Below are positions 43,182-53,992 of a stretch of 64,000 bases of DNA, one piece after another; the stretch's first letter is position 1; the number at the start of each line of letters is the position of its first letter. A model generated the notes under the pieces. The model was not told where the DNA came from. It was given only the letters and a program-made list of their open reading frames with translations, and ran no database searches. The position numbers were made by a program, and so were the translations under genes. This stretch comes from Pelagomonas calceolata. Its lineage: Eukaryota. The stretch is from NCBI GenBank assembly GCA_918797485.1, contig CAKKNE010000002.1, forward strand, positions 5,952,001-6,016,000, read 5' to 3'.

Positions 43182-44886
43182 ATGGAGTTCGCACCGCCGC
43201 CGCCGCCCGGCGGCATGAACGGCGCCGGCGCGTCGCCCGGCGCGCCGCCGGAGACGTCGCCCGACTCGGTCGCCTACACGCCGTCCGGGCCGCCGCCGGA
43301 CGCGCCCCCCGCCGTGCCCCCCGCCGCGCCGCCGGCGCCGCCGGCGCCGCCGGCCGCGCCGGCCGCGCCGCCGGCGCCCGCCGAGGCGCCGCGGGCCTCG
43401 ACGGGCGGCTTCTCGGAGCTCGGCGACGCCGACGCGGCGCCGCCGGCGGCCCCCGCGGCGCCGCCGGCCCCGCCCGCACCCGCGCCCATGGACACGACGC
43501 CGGCCGCGCCGGCGCCCGTCAAGGCGGAGCCGGCGCCGGCCGCCGCGCCCGAGGTCCCGCCGCGGCCCGTCGAGCGCTACTTCCTCACCGCGCGCTTGGA
43601 ACGGGGCCAGATCGGCGGCAAGCACCAGCAGGGCGTGGTCCTGCACGGCCCCTGGCGCAACCAGATCAACGTCGTCGGCGCGCAAGCGCGGTACAACCTG
43701 GACGTCACGCAGAACCCGATCCCGCCGGACATCACCGACCTCCCGCCGAGCGGCCAGCGCGGGCCGGCGTCCCTGCGCACTTCCTTCATCGCTTTCGTGG
43801 CCTAATGGACAAGGCGTCTCCCTCCTAAGGAGAAGATTGCGGGTTCGAGTCCCGCCGAGAGCCAAAGACGGGACCCGCGCGCCGCTCCGCAGGTGGCCCG
43901 GCCGCATGAACTTCGGCGGCACGGCCCAGACCAAGCGGACGCAGATGGTCGACCGCATGGCGCTGCGCTTCTCCAAGACGGACCCGGGCAAGTGCAAGTT
44001 CGAGGGCGAGGGCGCCAACCGCGTCGGCAAGTACGTCGTCACGGGCACGGGCGCGTTCCGCGACGGCGGCTGGGACCTGGAGTGCGAGCGCGTCTACACG
44101 CCGAACGCCCCGGCCCTGCCGCCCGCCCCGGCGGCGGGCAAGCGCGCCAAGGCGAACCCGCTCGCCTTCGCGGGCGCCGGCCCCGCGCTGTCGCCGCGGC
44201 AGCCGCGCGCCTCCGCGCCGAAGAAGGGCGCCTGGGGCGCGGCGCAGCGGGACGCCGCGGCGGAGGAGGGCGGTGCGCGGAAGAAGGCGCGGCGCGGCGG
44301 CGCGTCCGCCGCCGCGCAGGCCCTCGACCAGCGGCCGACGCTCGTCGTGCTCTACCCGCAGCCGGGCCCGGGCGGCAACCCGCTGACGGCCTACAAGTAC
44401 CCCTCGCTCTCGGCCGCGAAGAAGCGGGCCAAGGGCCTGGTCGAGAACGTGCAGTTCACGATCCGCGTGCCGCCCGAGGGCGGCGACGGCGTCGTCTTCC
44501 CGCCGGAGGGCGAGGACGCGCTGCGCTACCTGGCCGAGGCGATCGGCCACAAGGCGCTGCCGCCGCAGCCCGACGTCCAGATGCCGCCCCACGTCGTGAC
44601 CTGGGACATCGACGCGCCGAACGCGAAGCGGCGCCCCTGGGCGGCGAACGTCGCCGCCTTCTCCACGGAGCAGCGCGCCGCGGCGATGATGCGCCACCTC
44701 TACCTGACGGCGGGGCCACGCCTCAAGTACGCGTGGTGGGGCCGCTTCGACCCCGGATCCGCGGCGCAGACGGCGACGCCGCAGTGCCGGCTGACGGGCC
44801 TGGGCCAGTTCGAGCCCACGTTCCCGGTCACGTCGCTGGCCGTGCTCGAGGACCTCCAGAAGGGGCCGCCCGCGGCGGCGGCCTAG
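43182..44886 (+). CDS. Hypothetical Pro-rich protein with a predicted tRNA-containing intron (43757-43892); ~522 aa
   Basis: ORF 43182 stops inside the tRNA and ORF 43837 continues in the +1 frame. Removing 136 bp (GC...CCGCAG) gives PPSGQWPGRMNF. An alternative GT donor at 43769 (124 bp) also restores the frame. Confidence 0.7.
43791..43863 (+). tRNA. trnR-CCU: tRNA-Arg, anticodon CCT
   Basis: Acceptor GCTTTCG/CGAGAGC; D-stem GCCT/AGGC; anticodon stem TCTCC/GGAGA with loop CT-CCT-AA (43824-43826); T-arm GCGGG-TTCGAGT-CCCGC; intact A and B boxes. Confidence 0.97.
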
Positions 44887-45082
44887 CCGACGGCGACCCG
44901 GACCCACGTCGCCGTCGAGACCAACTACAAAAACCGAAAAAACATGGCGTGGCCGGCGCCCCGGCCTCCCGTCGCGACCCGTGGCACCACGGCGGCGCGC
45001 GGCGGAGACCCTCTCTTTACTACAAGTTTCTTAGACTATATATACCTGATTCGCCGGGGCCCTTGAAGCGGACGCGCCGTGG

Positions 45083-48000
45083 TCAGACGCCCAGGTCCTC
45101 GACGGACTCCACGACGCGCGGCTCCTCGGGCTCGGGAGACGGGGCTTTCCGCGTCGGTTTCCTTGACGCAGGCTTCGGCTCGGGTTCCTCGGTCGCGCCG
45201 GCACCGGCCGCGGGCTCCGGGGCAGGCTCGGCCGCGTCGGCACCGGCCGCGGGCTCCGGGGCAGGCTCGGCCGCGTCGGCACCGGCCGCAGGCTCCGCCC
45301 AGCCCTCGGGCGGGTCCCACGTCGACTCGCCCCTCGCTTCGCTGTACCAGTAGGGCATGCCCGACGCGTCGTCGACGTACCGGCACCAGTCGTTCGCGGC
45401 CGCGGTCGCGTCCGACGGCGCCTCGAACCGGAAGTCGCCGCTCGCGACGTCGTAGTAGAAGGGCTCCTCGCCCGCGATTTCGTAGGAGATCCAATCGTTC
45501 ACGACGTGCCGCAGCCGCACGGTGCCCTCCCGCAGCCTGGCCCAGGCCGCGGCCGGGTCGCCCTCGCCGTCCATCGCCGCGACGACGGCGTCCGGCCGGT
45601 CCCACTGCCCCTCCCGGGACGCGTGGTTGTACCAGAACACGGCCCGCAGCTCCGCGTCGTTGTAGGCGATCCAGTCCCCGTACACGGAGACGCGGAGGCC
45701 GTCGCTCTGGCGCAGGGACCACCGCGACGCGGACCGGCTCAGCCCGCCGTCGACGCCGGGCCGCATGAGCACGTCGTAGCCCGGGCCCCGCCGCTCGGCG
45801 AGCGCGTCCGCCACCAGGCGCTTGCAGAGCCGGTGCCCCGCGACCGTCGCCAGGAACAGCACGCTGTCGAACGCGACCGTGCCGTGGAGCCGGAACTCCG
45901 CCAGGAGCTTCGCCGCCTCGCCGTGGCGGCCCCACCGCGCGAGCTCCTCGGCCGTCCAGCCCCGGGCGTTCCGCGTGTCCGCGGGCGTGCCGGCCTCGAG
46001 CAGGAGGCGCACGCACTCGAGCGCGCCGTTGCACGCCGCGGCGTGCAGCGGCGTGTCGCCCCGCCGGTCGGCCGTCGCGCGGCACGAGCCGTCCGCGAGG
46101 TCGTGGCCGATCTCGTGCATCTCCAGCACCTCCATGATGAGCGACGCGCACGCCGGCCGGTTCGTCGCGCAGGCGACGAAGAGCGGCGTCCGCCCCGCCG
46201 CGTCCGCGACGCTCAGGTCGGCGCCGTGCTCCAGGAGCGCCTCGAGGCACTCCACCGTCGCGGCGACGTGGCCGGGCACCATGCCCCGCGCGTTCGGCGC
46301 CCGCGCGATGAAGCCGCCGCGCACCGCGGCCAGGACGTGGCGCGCGCACCGCGCCGCGCCGGCGCTCACGGCGGCGTGCAGCGGCGTGTCCCCGTTCGCG
46401 TCGGCCTGGACGGGCGCGCCCCGCTTCAGCAGCTGGAGGACGCAGTCCGGCCGGTCGTGCGCGCACGCGTAGAAGAGGGCCGTCCGCCCGCTCTCGTCCG
46501 CGCGGCTCAGGCAGCGGTCGTCGCACGTCCGGAAGAAGGCAACCTTGCCCTTGGCCGCGGCCCGGTGGCCCGCGAGGCCGTCCTCGTCGTCGTCGTCGGA
46601 CGAGTCCTCGTCTACGAACTCCGCGTCGTACGCCGCCAGGGCTTCGACCGGCTGCATGTTGGCGTCGATGCGCTTGAGGGCGTTCCGCCGCTCGAGCTCG
46701 GCGACGGCGACGTGGCGCCGCCGCCGCTCCTCCGCGAGCTCGGCCTGGCGCGCCTCGAGGCTCCGCGTGCTCACCTCGAGCGCCGCGGCCGCGGCGGCCG
46801 CGGCGGCCTCGCGGTCCCGGTCCAGGACCGCCCGCGCCCGCTCGAAGGCCTCCTGGGCCGCCGTGCGCTCCGCGGCGCGCGCCGCCTGCGCCGCCACGCG
46901 CAGCTTCACCCGCTCGATCTCCTCGAGCTTCTTCGCGGCCCGCGCGTCGGCCTCCTTCTTCTGCCGGGCGAGGCGCCGCGCGAGCTCGGCGCGCTCGCGC
47001 TTCGCGCGCAGCTCGTCCTCGCGCTTCTGCAGCTGCAGCGCCGCCGCGGCCGCGGCGGCCTCCGCGGTCGCGGCGTCCGCGGCCGCGGCGAGCTCCAGCG
47101 CGTTCCGCGCCGCCAGCGCGACCTTCTGCGCCTCCAGCCGGTCGGCGTCGCGCCGCGCCGCGGCCGCCTCGTCGCGGCGCCGCCGCTCGAGCGCCTCCGT
47201 CCGCTGCGTCGCCTCGGCGGCGGCCGCGGCCTCGGCCGCGGCGAGCTCGCGCCGCGTCCGCTCGGCCAGGGCGGCCTTCTGCGCGTCGAGGTCGTCGGCC
47301 TCGCGCTTCGCCTGGGCCTCCTCGGCGCGCCGGCGCGCCTCGAGCTCCTCGCGCCTCGTCGTCGCCTCGGCCTCGGCGGCCGCCTCGGCCGCCGCGAGGT
47401 CGCGGGCCCGCGCCTCGGCCTCGGCCGCGGCGGCGGCCTCCGCGTCCGCCAGGTCCTTGGCGTTCGCCGCCGCGAGCGCCTGCTTCCGCGCTTCCAACTG
47501 GTCGGAGGCCTCCTTCGCGGCGCGCGCCTCGGCCTGGCGCCGCGCCTCGAGTTCGGCCCGCCGTCGCGTGGCCTCGGCCGCGGCGGCCGCCTCGGCGGCC
47601 GCCAGGTCGCGCGCGCGCTGCGCCTCCCTCCGCTGGCGCTCGTCGTCGAGCGCTTGGGCCTGGGCCCGGGCCTCGGCCTCCTCGCGCTCCCGTCGCCGCT
47701 CGATCTCCTGGCGCCGGCGCGCCGCCTCGGCCGCGGCCTCGCGCTCGGCCGCCGCGAGCTCCTCGCGGCGCCGCTTCTCGAGCGTCTCGCGTTTCGCGTC
47801 GAGCTCCGCCTGCGCGCGGAGGGCCGCGGCCTCGTCCGCTCGGCGGCGCTCGTCCAGCTCGCGGCGCCGCCGGGCCGCCGTCTCCTCGGCCTCGGCCGCG
47901 GCCCGCCGGAGCTCCGCGTCGCGTGTCGCGCGCTCCTCCTCCAGCTCCTGCTGCCGCCGGCTCGCCTCGGCGTCGGCCCGCCGCTTCGCCTGGAGCAGCT

Positions 48001-49333
48001 CGGCCGCCCGCTGGGCCCGCTGGTCCTCGAGCTCGCGCTGGTGCTCGAGGGCGGCCGCCTCGGCCTCGGCCGCGGCGCGGCGGCGCTCCTCCTCGAGCTC
48101 CCGCCGCCGCCGCTCCACCTCCAGCTGGGACTCGCGCTCCGCCCGCCCGATCTCCGCGGCGCGGTGCGCCTCGAGCTCCCGCCGCTTGGCGTCGACCTCG
48201 TCCTGGAGCCGCGCCGCCCGGGCCTCGATGGCGGCCCGCTGCTGCGCGTCCTTCGACTCGACCTCGCGCAGCAGCGCGGCCTGCTTCGCCTCGGCCTCGG
48301 CCAGCGCCGCCTCGGCCCGCCGCCCGAGGCTCGCCTCGAGCTGCCGCGCGCGCGCCATGCCGCGCGCGACGCCGGCCTTGGCCGCCTCGGCGATGCGTCG
48401 TTCGTCGTCCAGGGCCTTGCGCTCCGCGGCGCGCACCCGCTCCGCCCGCCGCGCGGCCTGCGCCTCGAGCTCCGCCAGCCGCCGCGCCTCCTCGTCGAGC
48501 TGCGCCCCGGCGGCGTCCGCCCGCGCGCGCGTCGCCGCGACGGCCGCGGCGTCCTTGGGCCGCAGCGGCGACCGCGCCGCGGGCGCCCCCTCCGCGTCGA
48601 AGCCGCCCGGGTCCGCGTCCCCGACCGCGGCCCACTCGTCGCGCGACGGCCGCTGCGTGCGCGCCCGGATCTCGTTGATCTCCCGCTGCGTTTGCTCGAC
48701 CTTCGCGCGCTCCGCCGCCGCGCGGTCGCTCTGGCTCGCGGCGAACTTGCGCGCCGCCTCGGCCCGCTCCTGCTGGATGCGCTTCTGCTGCGCCCGGATG
48801 GTGCGGAAGTCGCGCGCGCGCGACGCCGGGCGCTCCGGCTTGGGCGCCGCAGGAGCCGGCGCCGGGGGAACGCCCCGCCGCGCCGACGCCGACGACTCGA
48901 ACTCGTCGAGCCGCGCCGCGTCCTTGGCCGCCTTGATCGCCTCTCTCCTGGCGGCGTCCGACGTCCTCCGCTTCGGCCGGGGCGGCGGCCGGTCCGGCCG
49001 GCTCGGCGGCGGCCGCGCGGGCCGCGCCGGCGGCTCCCGCTCCGCGGGCGGTGCGGGCTCGTGCCGCACGACGGGCGCGGCGCCGCCCCGCGTCACGCGC
49101 ACGGCGGACGGCGGCTCGGGCGACGCCGCCGCGGCGAGCGACGGGGGCTGGTGCCGTATCACGGGCGCCGCGCCGCCGCGCGTCACCGTGACGGCGCCGC
49201 GCGACGCCGTTTCCCTGTAGTGGGCCGCGCCGGCCAGCGGCGCGATCGCGTAGCCGCCGTCGTCCGACTCGTCGTCGTCCGAGATGTCATTGTAGTTCCG
49301 CGTCCCGATGCCGAAGCCGAAGCCGAGCGGCAT
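45083..49333 (-). CDS. Long coiled-coil + ankyrin repeats + three WW domains
   Basis: GRTALFYAC, GDTPLHAA (twice), GRTPLFVAC; WW-like DWIAYND..FWYN..QWDRP, DWISYE..FYYD..FEAP, DWCRYVD..YWYS..TWDPP. 39-bp tandem repeats at ~45200-45300. Confidence 0.9.
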   Translation of the reverse strand: MPLGFGFGIGTRNYNDISDDDESDDGGYAIAPLAGAAHYRETASRGAVTVTRGGAAPVIRHQPPSLAAAASPEPPSAVRVTRGGAAPVVRHEPAPPAEREPPARPARPPPSRPDRPPPRPKRRTSDAARREAIKAAKDAARLDEFESSASARRGVPPAPAPAAPKPERPASRARDFRTIRAQQKRIQQERAEAARKFAASQSDRAAAERAKVEQTQREINEIRARTQRPSRDEWAAVGDADPGGFDAEGAPAARSPLRPKDAAAVAATRARADAAGAQLDEEARRLAELEAQAARRAERVRAAERKALDDERRIAEAAKAGVARGMARARQLEASLGRRAEAALAEAEAKQAALLREVESKDAQQRAAIEARAARLQDEVDAKRRELEAHRAAEIGRAERESQLEVERRRRELEEERRRAAAEAEAAALEHQRELEDQRAQRAAELLQAKRRADAEASRRQQELEEERATRDAELRRAAAEAEETAARRRRELDERRRADEAAALRAQAELDAKRETLEKRRREELAAAEREAAAEAARRRQEIERRREREEAEARAQAQALDDERQRREAQRARDLAAAEAAAAAEATRRRAELEARRQAEARAAKEASDQLEARKQALAAANAKDLADAEAAAAAEAEARARDLAAAEAAAEAEATTRREELEARRRAEEAQAKREADDLDAQKAALAERTRRELAAAEAAAAAEATQRTEALERRRRDEAAAARRDADRLEAQKVALAARNALELAAAADAATAEAAAAAAALQLQKREDELRAKRERAELARRLARQKKEADARAAKKLEEIERVKLRVAAQAARAAERTAAQEAFERARAVLDRDREAAAAAAAAALEVSTRSLEARQAELAEERRRRHVAVAELERRNALKRIDANMQPVEALAAYDAEFVDEDSSDDDDEDGLAGHRAAAKGKVAFFRTCDDRCLSRADESGRTALFYACAHDRPDCVLQLLKRGAPVQADANGDTPLHAAVSAGAARCARHVLAAVRGGFIARAPNARGMVPGHVAATVECLEALLEHGADLSVADAAGRTPLFVACATNRPACASLIMEVLEMHEIGHDLADGSCRATADRRGDTPLHAAACNGALECVRLLLEAGTPADTRNARGWTAEELARWGRHGEAAKLLAEFRLHGTVAFDSVLFLATVAGHRLCKRLVADALAERRGPGYDVLMRPGVDGGLSRSASRWSLRQSDGLRVSVYGDWIAYNDAELRAVFWYNHASREGQWDRPDAVVAAMDGEGDPAAAWARLREGTVRLRHVVNDWISYEIAGEEPFYYDVASGDFRFEAPSDATAAANDWCRYVDDASGMPYWYSEARGESTWDPPEGWAEPAAGADAAEPAPEPAAGADAAEPAPEPAAGAGATEEPEPKPASRKPTRKAPSPEPEEPRVVESVEDLGV

Positions 49334-49846
49334 CCTTGCTGGCCGGGTTGGGGCAGCCTCACCGCACACTGCGCTACGCTGGGTGGGGCAGCCTCCAGTG
49401 CGCTACGCTGGGCGGCGGCAGCCGTTTCATATCTTCGGTGCAGCGCATGGCAGGAGCAGGCGCCAAGGCCACCGGTGCGCAGCTATTGCCAAGGCACACC
49501 CGGCCGAGCCGCTGCCGCGCAGCGCACCCGACACCCGGTACCCGCACCTTATAAGGAGCCCGCATGCGCCGGCGCTCAAGCATTCTTGACCGAAATCCCT
49601 CAGCAGACAAAGGAGCTTTAGCAAGTTTAGGACGAGATGCACGCGTGAGATGATCCATGCCCTCCATTTGTGGCGCCGTCGCAAGGGTTAGTCTGCGTCC
49701 TGAGTCCTGACCTGCTTTTGATGCAGCTACTCCCTCTGTCCGGAAGTAGGCCGTTGGATTTCTTCACGTAACTATATTCTTGCGAATCGATTACCGGTGT
49801 TATTACCGGCGCGGATACACCAGGCGCACAAAAACCAAGCTGCTTG

Positions 49847-49867
49847 TTAGTGTATTACACCGCTAGC
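49847..49867 (-). promoter_or_regulatory. Degenerate intergenic motif
   Basis: ttagtgtattacaccgctagc, followed on the minus strand by caagcagc. Confidence 0.55.
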
Positions 49868-49903
49868 CCAGGAGACTCCCTGCGTCCCCATTCTCTGGGA
49901 AAG

Positions 49904-50089
49904 CTAGTATACCGTGTCCTTACAAAAGAGCCCTACTCCGCGACCGGCGGCGCAGGAGCTCAGTCGCCGCGCACGCAGACGTGGTTCGCCATGACCGGCC
50001 CAGTAAAGAGTGAAAGTAATGAGGGCGGCGAGCGCGTACCACGGGAGGCTTCGCGTCAATGCGCGCGGCGACGGTGGCCGGCGGCGCAT
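49904..50089 (-). pseudogene. Possible N-terminal fragment of a type II membrane protein
   Basis: MRRRPPSPRALTRSLPWYALAALITFTLYWAG (basic tail plus TM), then a stop after 61 codons. Confidence 0.35.
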
Positions 50090-50170
50090 CGTGCGCACGC
50101 GGCCAGATACTACAAGCGCGCGCTCCTGGATGGTGGGTTGGATGCTGTGTCGAAAATTGGAAATGCGTGG

Positions 50171-50193
50171 GCTAGCGGCCAGTAAGACACTAG
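50171..50193 (+). promoter_or_regulatory. Intergenic motif
   Basis: gctagcggccagtaagacactag, 188 bp before ATG 50381. Confidence 0.7.
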
Positions 50194-50380
50194 ACAGCGG
50201 TGGGGGAATACTGTACAGAGCACGGCTCCGCGGGACAGAGTACCGTGTGACGCTTCGCAGCAGCTCAGACGTGCTAAAAACGCGTGCCAGCCGGAGCGGT
50301 CGCAAAGCCTAACGCCAGCAGATTGCCAGCCGACCGAGCGCTGCTCACGCGCACGAAAACAACAACAAACGCGCGTAACG

Positions 50381-51373
50381 ATGCAGTCCCCAGGAGGCAT
50401 CCCCTCGCTCGCGGACGTCCCGCAGAGCGTCATCACCGCCGCGACGCTCATGCCCTCGTCGTCGCGGCCGCTCGCCGAGGAGCCGCGGGCCATTTGTTTG
50501 CGCCACGACCGCAACCAGATCAAGAAGCGCTGCACGTGCGGCAAGGCGCGGCGCTACCGGCCGGGCCGGGGCTACGCGCCGGCGGCCGACGACGCGCGCC
50601 TCGCGGCCATCGCCGAGGCCGTCGACCCGCTCTGCGCGGCGCTGCGGACGCACACGCAGAACGCGCGCGTCGCCGAGTGGTGCTGCCGCGGGCTCCAGCA
50701 CGCGCTGGTGGACGCGCCGTCGCGCGCGATGGTGACGCGGCAGCAGAACGGCGCGCAGCTGCTGCTCCTCGTCCTCCGGACGCACGCGACGTCGGCCAAG
50801 GTCGTGCGGGAGGCGCTGCACGCGCTCGCGAACCTGAGCGGCGACGAGGACGGCGACGCCCACGCCCAGACGGCGCTGCAGATCGCGCGGAACGGCGGCC
50901 TCGAGGTGACGGCGCAGGCCATGGCCGCGCACCAGGACGACGCGCGCATCCAGGCGCTGGCCTGCGCCGTGCTCGGGCACACGTGCCGCAACGCGCCCCA
51001 CCGGCGCGAGGGCCGGGCGGCGCTCCCGCACGTCGTGCGGGCGCTCGCGACGCCCGACGCGTTCATCGACGTGCCGTTCGACGACGAGCGCTGCCACGCC
51101 ATGGCGTGCTACGCGCTCGCGGCCGTCTGCGCGGGCGACCGCGAGGCCGCGGAGGCCGCCGCCAAGCTCGGCGCGCCGGCGCTCGTCGACCACGCGCTGC
51201 GGCGCTTCGCGAAACGTGCCAGTGTCGAGCGGTGGGGGGCGCACGCCAAGGCGGCGCTGGCGGGCCCGGGCGCCGCGCCCCTCGGCGCCGCGCCGCCGGC
51301 GGGCCTCAACATCGGGCCGCCCGTCGTCGCGCAGTCCGTACCGCCGGCGTGGACCCCCGGCGCCTTCCCGTAG
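50381..51373 (+). CDS. Armadillo-repeat-like protein
   Basis: Repeats GAQLLLLVLRTH..VVREALHALANL and GGLEVTAQAMAAH..IQALACAVLG. Confidence 0.75.
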   Translation: MQSPGGIPSLADVPQSVITAATLMPSSSRPLAEEPRAICLRHDRNQIKKRCTCGKARRYRPGRGYAPAADDARLAAIAEAVDPLCAALRTHTQNARVAEWCCRGLQHALVDAPSRAMVTRQQNGAQLLLLVLRTHATSAKVVREALHALANLSGDEDGDAHAQTALQIARNGGLEVTAQAMAAHQDDARIQALACAVLGHTCRNAPHRREGRAALPHVVRALATPDAFIDVPFDDERCHAMACYALAAVCAGDREAAEAAAKLGAPALVDHALRRFAKRASVERWGAHAKAALAGPGAAPLGAAPPAGLNIGPPVVAQSVPPAWTPGAFP

Positions 51374-51395
51374 CCATGTATACCAGTAAAACAAT

Positions 51396-53992
51396 TTAGA
51401 CCATATCTCCGTCGGAGTCGCTGCTGTCGTCCGCGATGGCGAAGCCGCCCGCGGACGGCGTCGTCGCGACCTTGGCGTACTTGGGTTTGCGGTTGCGGCG
51501 CCGTCCGGGCAGCTCGAGGGACGGCGGCGCGGGCTTCGGGAAGAGCCAGCCCAGGAAGAAGCAGTCGTCGTCGTCGTCGGGCGCGTCCACGGGGCACGAC
51601 GCCTCGAGCCCCCGCACGTCCCGGCCGGCCCGGTCCACCTGTGTGGAATTCAACCAGTGCGTCGGGTGCACCCGACAATTCTTCACGAAGTCATTTCTCG
51701 GCGACGACGCGGCCGAGAACGCGCCGTAAATTTGATTTCCACACAGCGGTCGACGGCCGACGCTACCACCACTCCGCCGGTCGGCGGCGCGTCGAAGACG
51801 CAGGTCGCCTTCCGGGCGTCGCGGCCGTCGGCCAGGCCCGTCCGGCGCTCCGCGAGGGGCGACGCGTGCGCGTCGACGTAGAGCCGCACGACGACGCCCG
51901 CCGCCGCGGCGTCGGCGCACGACACGGAGCAGACCACGATCGACCGCCCGCGCGCGCAGCACCGCGCGAGGAGCGACGGCGCCCGCGTCCGCGTCAGCGA
52001 CGCGTCGACGGTCAGCCGCGCGTCGAGCTCGTCCACGGGGTCGCGCGCCGGCGCCGGCTGCGTGATCTCGTCGGCGAAGGCGTCCAGGCACTCGAGCAGC
52101 CGCGCGCGCGACGCCCGGCGGTCGGACGACTCCCCGGCCGGCGGCGGCGGCGCCTCCTCCGGCTCCGAGGGCGCCTCCGCGGCCCGCTCGGCTTCCCGCG
52201 CGGCCCGCGCCTTGTCGTCGAAGGCCCGCCGGAGGTCGGCGACGGCGTCCGCCGAGACCTCGTCGTTCGGCAGCTCCACGACCTCGACCGAGTCGCGCAC
52301 GCCGCCGACGCTCTCCGCGACCCAGACCTCGCCGCCCACGTCCTCGAAGGCCACCCACATCTCGCCCTTGGGGCCCAACCGCCGCCGCGTGCCCACGAAG
52401 TAGTCGCCCCGCCCCAGCGGCAGGGCGGCGCCGTCGACGGCGCCCCGCGGCGCGTCGCGCGGCACGACCGCCGCCTCCCGGACGCGGTACACGACGCGCC
52501 GCTCCTCCTCGCCCCGGATGGGTTTCAGGATCGCCTCGCCGTCACGCGCGCCGCGGCAGATGGCCCAGCGCTCCGCGGACCGCCGCGACCGGCGCCTCTT
52601 GGGCGTCTCGTCGCCGACGATCTTCGAGAGCTTGGACTCCAGCGTGTCGTCCTCGCCGTCGCTGGCGTCCTCGTCGCCGTCGGACGTGACGTGCGCCCAG
52701 ACCTGGCCCGACGGCGTCAGCACGACGCTCTCCGCGACGAGCACCGAGCCCAGCGGCGCGCGCGCGACGGCCTCGACGCGCCGCCGCGCGACGGGCTCCT
52801 CCTTCTTCTCCTGCAGCGTCTCGATCTGTCGCCGGGCGTTCTCGGCGGCGGCCTTCGTGGCGTCGGCGGCCTGCTTCGAGGCCCTGGCCAGCCGCTCGCC
52901 GAAGAGGTTCGCCTTCTCGCCGAGCAGCTTCGCGTTGGGCGACTTGTCCATGGCCGCCTTCATCCAGGGGAAGTTCGTGGTCGCGGCCGCGGCGGCCGGC
53001 GCGGGCGCGGGCGCCGCCGGCGCGGGCGCGGGCGCGGGCGCCCTGGGCGGCGGCGACGCCTTCTCCTGGAGCGCCGCGCGGAAGCCGCCGCCGGGCGCCG
53101 CCCGCAGCGGCAGCGCCCCGCGCGAGTACACGTTGCGGAACCACTGCTCCCGCTCGAACAGCGGCGCGGGCACGGGCTCGAGGACGTGGGCGCCCGTGTT
53201 CGCGTTCGTCGCGATGCACCACCCGTCCACGATCCAGGGCTCGTAGTCGTCGTCGCCCCGCCGGATCTCCAGCGACGCGCAGATGCGCACCCACAGGAGC
53301 CCGCGCGCCCGGTCGTCGTCGTCGTCGTCGCGCGGCGCGAGGCGGACTTCCGCCGCCCGGAAGCAGACCCAGGGCGGCACGGCCGCCGCGCGGGGCGCGT
53401 CGAGCCGCGGCGCCGTCCTCGCCGGCAGCTCCCCGGCGTAGTGCCGCGCGTAGCAGTTGCAGAAGTAGCCCGTCATCTCGACGGCCTCGAGCGCCAGCGT
53501 CGCGTCGTTCTCGCCCTCGGTCGCCGCCCGCTCGGACACGCAGACGAAGCGCTCGCCGTCGACCAGCCGCGCCCAGAGCTCGTTCGTCTGCGCGTCCCGG
53601 ATCAGCTCGGGCGCGCACCGCACGCACTCGTGGCGCCGGACCTCGCCCCGGAAGGCGGCCGTGCGGCGGGGCCCGGCGAAGAGCTGGACGGCGCGCGTCG
53701 GCGCGCGGAAGAAGCGCTCGCCCCCGGACGCCCGCGGGACCCGCGCGACGCGGCCGTCGACCTCGAGCCACGCCGGGCCGTCGAGCGTCGCCGCCGGCCC
53801 GGTGTAGCCCGCGCCGGTCTCGAGCCAGAGCCGCCGCCCGACGACGGCGTGGCGCGCCGCGGCGACGCAGCGGCCGGGCATGAGGCGCTCGACGCGGTCC
53901 TCGGCGCCCGCGCCGGGGTAGGGCGCGAGGTCGATCGGCGTGCTCGACGCGTTGACGTGGAAGTCGCCATCCGCGTCCCCCATGCTGGTCAT
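51396..53992 (-). CDS. Hypothetical protein; intron 51639-51754; ~826 aa
   Basis: Long ORF; introner removal (116 bp) joins it to the frame ending at 51396 (ASA|VDRAGRDV). Confidence 0.75.
51639..51754 (-). mobile_element. Introner intron 10 (116 bp, GT-AG, internally deleted)
   Basis: TSD cggtccac 51631-51638 vs cggtcgac 51747-51754; TIRs ctgtgtggaattcaa/ttgatttccacacag. Confidence 0.95.

Noticed and set aside
43791..43864. tRNA as a prophage/integrative-element attachment site or with encoded CCA
   Set aside because: No integrase and no duplicated tRNA 3' end in the window; the CCA at 43862-43864 overlaps the acceptor stem and is not in the CCA position.
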